A DNA stretch of 43,965 nucleotides, taken from Phoronis australis. Taxonomy: Eukaryota; Animalia; Phoronida. The notes under the pieces were generated by a model that worked only from the letters and a program-made list of their open reading frames with translations, had not been told where the DNA came from and made no database searches. The translations under genes were made by a program, and so were the position numbers. The stretch covers positions 1,302,346 to 1,346,310 of the forward strand of contig NMRA01000015.1 of NCBI GenBank assembly GCA_002633005.1. Reading direction: 5' to 3'. Within the stretch, counting starts at the first letter, position 1, and every line of letters starts with the position of its first letter. Shown here one piece after another: positions 1 to 10,214 of this stretch.

Positions 1-302
1 AGGTATGATTATATGCGAACTAAGAAAAATACAAATAATTATTTTTTCATTTAAAAAATCATCAACGACCATCCACTCCTTTTCAGAAATTTTGGCCAGG
101 AATTCAAACAAATTCCATCATTGAAAGCTCAAAAGGCCAAAAATTACATAATTGGTCCTAAGTGTCCGGTCATTTTAAAAACTGCAGTTAAATGCTACAC
201 AATACACGGGCACGACGCCCCACTATCGTCCATCAGCAAGATGGCGGACCACTTCGCACAACGAAAACCACGTGATGTCAACTCTAGTTATATTTATCTC
301 AT

Positions 303-3025
303 TGGTTCCAGTACCCGAAAATACTTACTACATAAAATCTTATTTTCGACACCCTTTCTTTATATTCTTTTCGCCTTTCTTGCCAAAAGCGATTTTTTAA
401 CAGTATTTGACCCTTCTCTGTGAGCGTATAATTACCGGCTGTCATCGGTTATTTCCGTATTCCGGCTCATCAGTTCAGGAACTTGTCCTGAAAGCCGCCA
501 CTTTTTTCTTGTAACTGAATGTGCTATAGCTTCCTCGAAAAGTCTTCATTATTTTGTTTTATTAGTAATATCTCGTGATTCGTTTGCATATGTAGTGTAT
601 TTATAGTTTGTAGTTAGTGGCCGTTGAATTTTTTTGAAATGTTACGCGTACTTATTATGTTAAAATAGCATTGGTGTTTAGTTCCTTACGTAGGCCTGTC
701 GAACCTAGGAACCAATATGGGTCGAACCAATTTTTTTTTCGTTTTGATTTTTTTCTCGTTTTGAAAAAGTACTTTGCTATCATCAGAAAGTTAGTGCATT
801 CTACTCAGAAAAAATCGAAAAAGTATCAAAATCGGGGCAAGCAGTGTAAAGATATTGCAATTTTTGTGGCGAAATTTGGGTCACTTTGTTTGGATCGCGT
901 CGGCCATATTGGAGTACAGCGGGATAAGTTACGAGTTTTAAAACTTTGTGTAAATTGTTTTCGCCAACAAATTACGGAGAAATTTAGTTAGACATATCTT
1001 TAATTACTATTTTGCACGATTCAACAGTGATAAATGTGCTCACAATCATTCCCGTTGGACTTCGTCTCATTTCTGGCGGCACCGATAACATGGCGAATTT
1101 TGCTGAACTGAAAGGCATATTCAATCGGCTGCTTTTGTAATTTGTGAAGATTTAGCGTTGATACATTTTGACAAGCGTTGCTACAAAAAAGGAACTTTGT
1201 TCAATTTTCGTGTTTTTTGTGTAAAAATATAAGATATATTCGAATTATTTTACTGTGAATTTCCCATTCAGGTGATCTTACTCTAAGCTAAAAAAAATAG
1301 TTGAAATAATTTTGAAATGATTTCTTGTTTGATTGTCAACTGCTGTTCAAGGCTTGATTCGGTGTTACAAAATGATTCATATTTTTTCTAAATTTTAAGT
1401 CTCAATTGCTTTCAAGTCATGTTCTGTAACTTATTGCTTCTTAATTCAGGTTGTCAAGTCAACAATATGAATAATCTTAATTTGGGAAATAAGCTATGTT
1501 GGATTGTGAAGCTTCAAGCCTCCAATTCTTGTTCCTTGCAATTTCATGTTTTTTAATCATGCTTGTCAAATTCTGGTGTAAAGAAACACTATTCAGTCAC
1601 CATGGTAGTAGTTACATGTAAGTCCACTTTCATAACATGGAAACTTTTGCTGTTGCATGCGCGCACCCAGGGGGGGGGGCTCGGGGGACCCATTTGGCGA
1701 AGTGGGCAAAATGGTCCGCCCCCCAGTGACAAAAAGCCACTAAAGAAGCGCAAACGCGCAATTCACAGTGGTGCTCCCGTTTTTTTTTTTTAGTCTTCCG
1801 ACTCTTTTTTTAGCAAAAGTCCCACATCGCCGGGAATTCGAGCGCCCCATATTGAAGGCTGAGTGCGTGCATGTGTTGAATGGTGTTTGTAATGCTAAAT
1901 GTTGTAAAGCATTGTATATTTTAAGTTACTTATTATGTTAAAAGTTGGAATAATTTTGGATTAATGAATAAAAATGATGACATTTTGTATTGGACTTGTC
2001 ATACTTATGTGCTTGAACGAGCCCCCTATTTGGAGAAATAGAAAAAGGTCTGCCTCAGTCAGAGAAGCACGAATTCCGAAAAAAGTAGAAAATAAGACAA
2101 TATTCCCCTAGAAGACAGGAAGTACCAAAATTTAGCGTCTGCAATTCATAGCTCTGAACATACCCAGTGAATCTTATAGTAAAAGATAGACATTCCCAAA
2201 AATTCCAGCCCCTCCCCCCATTCTTTTAGGCTTTGTGCGCTCATACAAAGTCTGGGCTAATCTCTATTGAAAGCCAACAACTTTGCATAGTTCGCGAGAA
2301 GTACCCAAGATCTAAATAAACCTCGTTTGAGCGAGCGCTGTGGTCATCGAACAGTTAGTCCTAAGGGTAGCCTTGGCGCAAAGCTGTGTAGGCCTACATG
2401 TACTAGCAAGCTGTATTTTGACGATAGTATTCATTGGTAGCAGGCACTGAGGCTAGCTAAGGTCTGCCGCGGCAGTGTGACACAGGACTAACCAGCCCGT
2501 AATTTCATGCAATTGTCTGAAACTGTCTTTGAATATATGCGGCATTTATGATTTGAACATTTTACTTCCACAAAACAGCTCGCAACTGCATGCATTTACC
2601 GTTCGCCAGTGTCTGGTCTCGATCTGCACGGGTCCGAGTCTAGCAAAATAATTTCTGTCAAAATTTATTCGCCACATTTCTTCAGCAAATTCGATAAAGT
2701 TGTCCGTATTTTGATGTTATTAAAATTAAGGCGCGCTGTCGATTATTTTATCCCCGTTTGCAAGCTGGAAACAGGCACTCGTCCATCCACACTAACGGCG
2801 TTTTCTTAGCGGCTAGCCTCAGTGGGTTCCTGAATGAATTGTACTTCCGGGTTCGCGGCAAGTTCAAAATGGCGGTGGTTCTTCGAGTGCGAATCGTGAG
2901 TGGCGCGTTCATTTAAGCTTTTTTCGAGTACGGATCTTGTATCAGTTATGGGGTGAGTACTTCTTGGATTCTTATAACATCCTCTAACTATGTAATAAGG
3001 GTTACCAACGCGTGCGACCACGTCT
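303..3025. mobile_element. Non-autonomous DNA element A, copy 1 (left end undefined; hosts MITE C)
   Basis: 303-510 matches 31153-31358, and about 2435-3025 matches 31601-32203. It ends in ...CT followed by TTAA. Confidence 0.65.
1656..1873 (+). mobile_element. CATG-ended MITE family C, copy 1
   Basis: TIR CATGCGCGCACCCAG / CTGAGTGCGTGCATG; TSD TGTTG. Confidence 0.88.
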
Positions 3026-3032
3026 TTAAAGT

Positions 3033-4698
3033 AAGCAACAAATCTACTCATTTTGTCAAAGTCAGCTGATATAAATCGCCAAAGGTATAATTTGTCGTTT
3101 CAACTTCTTACCAAAAGGTGACGAATTGGTACACTGCATTTTTCGCCTAGTTGAAAAAATTTCTCCTCTGTTGCCCAGGATTCCCCACATAACCATTCTA
3201 GGAAAGTTATTGAAGCTCAATGAAATGAAGTACAAACTAAGTGTGTGAGGATACACAAACCATTCCCAGATAAATTGCTAATGTGTCGCGTGCTAACGGT
3301 TATTGGAAAAACTTTATTCATAAATAACAAAGTGGAAACACAACTTTTTTGTCTAAGAAAGACGTGAATAAAAACGACGAGAACAACTGTTACAGGGTAA
3401 GTCATCACAATTGTCAGAATAAATATTGATTAAGTAATTAGTAAGAATAGATCCATTTTAAGTTGCCCAAAATTTGTGCATATGTACTTTTAAATCATGG
3501 GGTCAGACTTGTTGACATGTATTTTAACGTCAAAATCTATTTTTAGATGGTGTTTACAACTTTGGGTTCTGGGGTCAAAGTACTCTAGAGATTCTAGAAT
3601 ATTCTGAGAACAAATTGTAACAGCCAATAATATGAGTGGATATGATCATGTGGTTTTTATTAGCCAATCACTAAATAAGTAGAGTGTTATATTATGGGCT
3701 GAAATCAACAAGATAATTTGATGCGCAATAGTAGTTGAAGCATAAAGACTTGCTACAGTGTACAAACGCAATTGTACGACAGAGCCATCTCGTGGAAGAT
3801 TCTAGAAAGGATCTTGGCAAGGGCAAGGGTTAACGAACAGGAAGTTAACTAAGAGCTTGTCACTTGCATTGTGGGTAGTAAGGTACTACCTGAAGTGTTG
3901 CGTCATCAGCCAGAGACTGTGACCAGCAAGAAGATTCGCGGGTAGAAGAAATTGCCTGCAAGTGTTGCATCACCAGAGACGGTGACCAGCAAGTACGCTG
4001 TCGCTATACAATGTGTGTAGTGCGAAGATTCACCAACAGGACAGACATCCAACAAGTGGAGAGTCCTAGCTTGGATAGCAGATAAGACATTTGATTGTTT
4101 TGGTTGTTTGATTAAAGTAATTTTTAAAGAGGGAGCTAGCGTAGTTACTCTTTGTAGTTGATTACTTAATTAACAATAAGTCTCATTTGTCTAATTAGGG
4201 GTTATCATATAATAAATTAATTACTGGATTTGAATATTCACTGTCCATCTACGCACAATCTCAAAGCATAGCTACCTTTTAAACAAACCCACAGTCAAAC
4301 ATCTGACAACAATATATCTTCACTGAGAGCCACCAAACTCTATGCTGAAATGAAAATGTTAAAATAGTGTGTATCTCTAAAAGACAATGTAAAAGCAGTT
4401 AAACCTCTCTAAAATCCGGTAAAAATATGTTATCAAAAGACACTTGCTTTCGAGCCTTAATGGGTGCAACTCTTCATAAGATGTAAAGACAAGTGACGCG
4501 AATGGCTCATTTCACACCTGATGAAGAGGCACACCGCTAGTGTTTTCTAACAATATATGACGACTTGAGATGTTTCTCAGGTCGCCAAACATAATCTGAG
4601 GTCACATTGGCGATCTGCAGTTCGCCAAATCGAGGGCTGTCTTGCCTTATATAAACTATGCAAACTTTTAAACCTGGTCTCAACTGGATCCCTACTCA
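3033..4698. repeat. Dispersed repeat B, copy 1 (interrupted by the solo LTR); possibly a Penelope-like terminus
   Basis: Near-identical to 15160-16149. It contains an imperfect inverted pair, CTCTTCATAAGATG / CACCTGATGAAGAG (about 4462-4535). The repeat itself is certain; the family assignment is weak. Confidence 0.8.
3412..4308 (+). mobile_element. Solo LTR (897 bp) with 5-bp TSD
   Basis: Ends are TGTCAGA...TCTGACA, flanked by ACAAT at 3407-3411 and 4309-4313. The paralogous empty site carries a single ACAAT (15606-15610). There are two CCAAT boxes (about 3624 and 3664), AATAAA at 4211, and an internal near-duplication at about 3892-3992. Confidence 0.88.
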
Positions 4699-5592
4699 GA
4701 TTACCGTGGATTAAGTAACTTTTGAGTTTGAAAAGGACTATAGATACAGGGCAACAGCAGGTTGTGCGTAAAATTTGCTCTGCTGTGGTAATGACAACCA
4801 CAACAAAGCAATTCACACGTGTCCAATGTCCGCTGCTGCAATTGTTTTGGTAGGTGAAACTGTAACGCCAATAGCCACCCTAACTCACTTGAAATTTTGT
4901 GCTTAGGAACAGTTTGTGTTTAACATTTGGTCACTGTCTTACCTTGTGCTCCAATACAAATTTGTGTCTGATTGTTTAGGGCTGGTCCATCAGTGTCCAA
5001 AGCGTTCGCCAAGTACTGGTGTGACAGATATGCTCCAAACCAAACAGGAATGTGGACAGCATTGGAATGAAGTCACCATTCTAATACAGGAAGTAGTTTC
5101 TGGCCAGTATTGAATCATGGGAACGAATTTATTAATTGTCTATAGCGCTCATCTTGTCAGGGTACGAATAACCTGTTGATCGACAAGGTGGCTTAGTAAC
5201 TTTACTCAGGTTTCCTTGATTTCGCATTAATACAGCTGTTGCGTGGTCAAATCAGAGTGTTCACAAGCCGAGCCACTGTATTGTTTCTTTCCCCTGAGTA
5301 GACAAAGGTAGGTTCCGATCGAAGATCCAGGATTATAATTTTGTGTTCGTGTATTTATGCATATGTACTCTTCCGCAGTGAATATCGGACAGAAGTTGAA
5401 AATCGTGTGCCTGTTAAAACGAACTTTTCAGAGTCAGCTGACGTTGCAGTGATCCAATCACAGCTGTTCACGGTCACTGTGTTGTTTCCTTCCCCTCTGC
5501 AAGTAAAGTTTAATATATAAAGCTTATCAACAGCATGTAATCGCTCACACAGTAGCATCGCGTGGAATGCATACTTTGTAAGACATCTCAAG

Positions 5593-8391
5593 ATGAATTC
5601 AAACAGTTTGCTTATAATGCTAAACTGCATGGCCGTGCGAATGAGCGTTGTTTCATCAGGATGTGAGAAACCTATTCGCGTATTGACAGAAAATTTTATG
5701 GAAAAGTATTGGAATAGACGTTTCATCGATTTGTACAACTGCGGTATTGAGAAAATTCAAGAAGGGGCATTCTTACCTGTGCAGGACGCTACGGTGAGCT
5801 TAACTATTTCAATGAACAACTTGACCACTCTCGATGATGGATCCTTCGAGGAGTTAACCAATCTACAATTTATGCGTCTGGACAGTAACGTCATCATCAA
5901 CCTCTCACAAAGATCGTTTGAAGGTCTTACTACTCTGCTCAGTCTGGATCTAAGAAACAACGAAATAAGTTATATTCCAGATCACGTTTTTTCCCCACTG
6001 TCGTCTTTAAAGTACCTCGACGTTCAGGCAAACAAGTTAACAAGTCTACGTCATGCCCAGTTCAAAGGGTTAAGAGAGCTTCATAGCTTGTGGCTAGCTT
6101 CTAATGACGTGTCTCACATCGAACAGGGCGCTTTTGAAGATTTGAGGGACCTTGTTGAGCTTGATCTGTCTCATAATGGTTTACTTTCTATTCAGCCTGA
6201 TTTCTGCCACGATATACCGAACCTGCGTTCACTAAGCCTGAGTCATAACCAAATACAATCGCTTCAAGAGTCGCCATTCCTGAAGTGCAACTCTTTAGTC
6301 AGCCTGACACTGGATGAGAATCGAATAGACAAATTAGAACAAGAGAGTCTGAAGGGTCTTGACGTCCTGGAATGGCTTAGTATTGCAGGAAATGGCATGA
6401 CAGAAATACACGACTCTGCCTTGAGTTCAGTAGTCAAGTTGAACGTTTTATATCTGCAACGTAATAATTTTTTGAACTCGTTGTCCAAATCGACATTCGC
6501 GGCTGTCCGTCACCTTGAAAAATTGTTGTTATACTCGAGCAACATTTATGAGTTACCAGAAGGGATTTTCGAAAACCTTTCATCTCTGTACTTTCTTTTT
6601 CTCAGTGGAAATAAGATGTCTAACTTGACTGGAGGCATGTTAAATGGACTATCGAGTTTAACAGAATTAAGCGTCAGCAACAGTGGTTTATCATATGTGG
6701 ACTTCAATACATTTCAACAAACAAAGAATCTCAAAATGCTGGATATTTCTAACAACAATTTAACAAAAATGTTTCATTTTTCAGACAGTTTAGAAGTGTT
6801 GAATATTCGCGGCAATACCTTGTCTTTTATCCCACGGGAAGTATTTTTCAATCGAACTTTAAAGGTATTAAGTATTGAGACAAGAATGCCAGAGGATTTT
6901 CCCTCCATACTTGTCAGCTCAACTCTGAGGATCTTTCTACAAACAATAAACGACAATAGTACCTTTCAAAAGTCAATTTCCGCTCCGATTATTCACATCC
7001 ACTACCTTGGAAGAAGAGGCGTAACTGTTGGTCGAACATTTTTAGAAAACATTCAAGGTCTGGATATAAAACTGAGCGGCATGAAGATTGGACGGATAGA
7101 AAGTCATGCGTTTTCTCATCAAACTACGGCGCATGCTCTCCTTCTGGACTCAAATATGCTAACGACCATTTCTGCACCGACGTTTTTTGGACTTGGAAAC
7201 CTCAAAAGAATTGATCTATCCAAAAACAGCATACATCTGATAGAGCCTGGTTTTCTGAAAGCTCTACCTAACCTTACGTCATTGGTTTTAACCAATAATA
7301 AACTGAAAATTCTTGATCAACATATGCTGACGTCTAATTCTCTGAAATTGGCCTCCTTTTCATCCAACTTGATTGAACACGTGGGAGAGGCTGCTTTTCA
7401 AAAGCTGCCTAACTTGGAGGTGTTAAGTTTGTACGGCAATCGGTTGCTCTACGTTGATTTAGCAATGTTCAAGAACGCTTCGGGTTCACTTCTTTATCTC
7501 GACCTGGGGCACAATATGATTCAACAAATAGAGCCTGGTTCCTTCAACAACTTCCCAAATCTCGAGCGATTGCTTCTGACAAACAACCGTTTGATGACTA
7601 TCCAGGCCAAGGTGTTCGGAAACTTTAAGAAAATTGAGTTACTTCAACTTAACCATAACCAAATTGAATCGATAGCCGAAAACTCGTTACCTTATGCTAC
7701 GCAAGTTTATATATCATACAACAAACTGCGATCGATTTCGATGTATAGTTTCCGGAAAATGTCCGTCGCAAAATCAACGCAACCGATGCTGTTTGTCTTT
7801 GAGGGAAACCCTCTTCACTGTAACTGCCTTCTGCAGTCTTTTCAGGAACTTCTAAAGAACGGATCTCTGACGTTTATACCAAACAGCAAACAAGTTTGTT
7901 CCACACCTGTAACTGTAACAATGCAGAATTTCATTTCTTTCAACCTAACCTGCCAGAAACCAGTTTTTACCAGGTTAGCAATATTGACGGAAGCCGAAGT
8001 TGCTACTGTCGAGTGTGTGTTTTCCGGAGATCCAGAGCCCAAAGTTCAGATTCAAAACTTGCCCAAACCAGTCTTAAATGTTTCCGGTCATTCTTCCTAT
8101 CCATACAGTTCAAGAAAAGTCGCCGTCAGCGCACGCGATATGCAGCTGTCTCGCGTTAACGAGTATATGTGTGAAGCAGAAAATATGATGGGTCATGCCG
8201 TCTTCAAATTGGAAAAGTCTCAATGGTTTCACAAGAATGCAGAAGGCGTAAGATACCTTAGCGAAGGAGTCGAAATTGCGCTCATCGTCTGCGCAACTGG
8301 TTTTGTAGTTTCTTTCCTTGGACTTGCTGTGGCTGTTGGTTGCATCAAGCGTTTGATTACGAGGCAAGAGGTGGAAGAGAATTCTACATAA
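5593..8391 (+). CDS. Intronless LRR + LRRCT + Ig-like type I transmembrane protein (LIG-type architecture), 932 aa
   Basis: Uninterrupted 2.8-kb ORF. It has a signal-like N-terminus and about 26-27 LxxLxLxxN repeats counted by eye. These are followed by an LRRCT (GNPLHCNC...C...C, from 7804), an Ig-like segment (VECVFSGDPEP...EYMCEAENMMG), a TM helix (IALIVCATGFVVSFLGLAVAVGCI, about 8275-8346) and the tail KRLITRQEVEENST. Confidence 0.93.
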   Translation: MNSNSLLIMLNCMAVRMSVVSSGCEKPIRVLTENFMEKYWNRRFIDLYNCGIEKIQEGAFLPVQDATVSLTISMNNLTTLDDGSFEELTNLQFMRLDSNVIINLSQRSFEGLTTLLSLDLRNNEISYIPDHVFSPLSSLKYLDVQANKLTSLRHAQFKGLRELHSLWLASNDVSHIEQGAFEDLRDLVELDLSHNGLLSIQPDFCHDIPNLRSLSLSHNQIQSLQESPFLKCNSLVSLTLDENRIDKLEQESLKGLDVLEWLSIAGNGMTEIHDSALSSVVKLNVLYLQRNNFLNSLSKSTFAAVRHLEKLLLYSSNIYELPEGIFENLSSLYFLFLSGNKMSNLTGGMLNGLSSLTELSVSNSGLSYVDFNTFQQTKNLKMLDISNNNLTKMFHFSDSLEVLNIRGNTLSFIPREVFFNRTLKVLSIETRMPEDFPSILVSSTLRIFLQTINDNSTFQKSISAPIIHIHYLGRRGVTVGRTFLENIQGLDIKLSGMKIGRIESHAFSHQTTAHALLLDSNMLTTISAPTFFGLGNLKRIDLSKNSIHLIEPGFLKALPNLTSLVLTNNKLKILDQHMLTSNSLKLASFSSNLIEHVGEAAFQKLPNLEVLSLYGNRLLYVDLAMFKNASGSLLYLDLGHNMIQQIEPGSFNNFPNLERLLLTNNRLMTIQAKVFGNFKKIELLQLNHNQIESIAENSLPYATQVYISYNKLRSISMYSFRKMSVAKSTQPMLFVFEGNPLHCNCLLQSFQELLKNGSLTFIPNSKQVCSTPVTVTMQNFISFNLTCQKPVFTRLAILTEAEVATVECVFSGDPEPKVQIQNLPKPVLNVSGHSSYPYSSRKVAVSARDMQLSRVNEYMCEAENMMGHAVFKLEKSQWFHKNAEGVRYLSEGVEIALIVCATGFVVSFLGLAVAVGCIKRLITRQEVEENST

Positions 8392-8992
8392 TGACGAAAA
8401 CGACTTATGTAGGCCTCCAGATTGACACGTCACTTCTCAGTCTGCACTAAGATCGACGAACAAATTTGACTCAAAATATAACTGATAACACTAAAGTGTG
8501 CATAATTAACTCATTCAAAATAAGAAAGTACGAAGGTATAGCGCGCTGAGATGGAGATGTTAACTATTGATGTGCTATACTGGACGCTGATCATGTCCTC
8601 CAATCGTAAGGTTATCTCCACTGATTGACGTCGACCATTTTGCTTCAGACCTTTGACTTGTAACCACTCAGATGAGCATGCGCGTGACAGCCCCAACCAA
8701 CAGAATGCTTAGTGCTTACAGCTACCTTAAATAAGGAGATGACCGCATTATTTATTAATTCAAATTTAATTAAAGACGGTTAATAGTGTCACTGAAGTCA
8801 AATGCGTACAAACGCAGGTTCTGGGACGACTGCATACGTAAACCGCTGAGGACCCAACATAAGGTATCAATCGTACAAACACTAAGTGGTTTCCTCGTTA
8901 TGTGAACAGGTAATACTTATGATCAATTTTGAAGTTAGATAGACAGAATTCTCGGTAAAAACCTGTTTCCCGCCAGAGAGCGGTCATCTTTA

Positions 8993-10068
8993 ACGCCAGC
9001 GTGGTAACATATTTAAACCTTCACACCATGTTCATAAGTGATTGAATTTGGTTACCAACAATTTTGGCTTCTTCAGTGTGTGTACTTGTTATGAAAGATT
9101 AACGCAAAACCTAAAAAATGAAAGAGCTGTGTGATGCTATCAATGGAAGTCCGGTCTCTTTCTGACTGTACGCTATTGCGTTGCGTGTGATCCGTAATGA
9201 TATTGCCCGAGACGAGAATTATGAAAAGGTGCGTATAATAACAATTGGACGGNCCTGCCCGACAGCCATGTAACACCACTACCATCACAGTCACTAACAC
9301 CCCATACCACCGCCGCCTTTCCACAGCCTCTAACACCACAACACCATACCACCACCAAGCCAGTAACACTACCGCCATCGTAGACAGTAACATAACCGCC
9401 ACAGTCCCAAGAGCACCAGCACTATCTTTAACGTCACTGTTACTTGTATTAACTATATTGTTATTTTTGTTATTGTAAGTATCAGACTTGTGTTGCCTTA
9501 AGTTTCTTTTTCCAAAACTGCTTAGTCCATTTGAATATCTCTGTGCATGATTTGAAACTGAAGATATGACTAACTTTGCCTTCAAAGCTTAGTGTACCAT
9601 GTTCGCAACAAGCTTGCCTTCCTAATATATTTTTGTTTAATACAGCATAGAATGTATGTCTAAAACTCTATTGAGATTTTGTGGTCCTTAATTCGGTGCC
9701 CTGGTTCTCTCTTAGTGCACTCAAAAATGATTTTCAGTAATCTGTTGCCAAGTTAAAAACGCAGGGATAGGCGCTGGCGCAAATGGATGACGCCAGCGTG
9801 GTAACATATTAAAACCTTCACACCATGTTCATAAGTGATTGAATTTGGTTACCAACAATTTTGGCTTGACACTTTAAGTATTTCTTCTTCAATGTTTGTA
9901 TTTGTTATGAAAGATTAACGCAAAGCCTAAAAAATGAAGGAGCTGTGTGATGCTATCAATGGAAGTCCGGTCTCTTTCTGACTGTACGCTATTGCGTTGC
10001 GTGTGATCCGTAGTGATATTGCCCGAGACGAGAATTATGAAAAGGTGCGTATAACAACAATTGGACGG
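8993..10068. repeat. About 260-bp direct repeat pair (8993-9252 and 9790-10068)
   Basis: Near-identical with one indel. The first copy stops exactly at the N at 9253. Confidence 0.85.
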
Positions 10069-10214
10069 GGAGTATTTCAGTTTTTATGTTTCCAAAAGAC
10101 CCTAAGATAACCCAGAAATGGTAAAGGTTTGTGTGTCGGACACGGGTATGGCAGTATACGATGGACTCCAGCGGTAAGTTCAGAGGCCACGGTAGGCTCA
10201 CGGCAAATCATTTA
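9984..10214 (+). pseudogene. Degenerate THAP zinc-finger coding relic (DNA transposon-derived)
   Basis: Across stops and frameshifts it reads VRYCVACDP...KRC...NNNWTGSISVFMFPKDPKITQKW*RFVCRTR...RWTP...ANH, matching the THAP pattern C-C-FP-W-W.P-H by eye. Confidence 0.55.

Noticed and set aside
5355-8433. Short ORFs overlapping or antisense to the LRR gene
   Set aside because: These are shadow frames of a long coding sequence, with no motifs.
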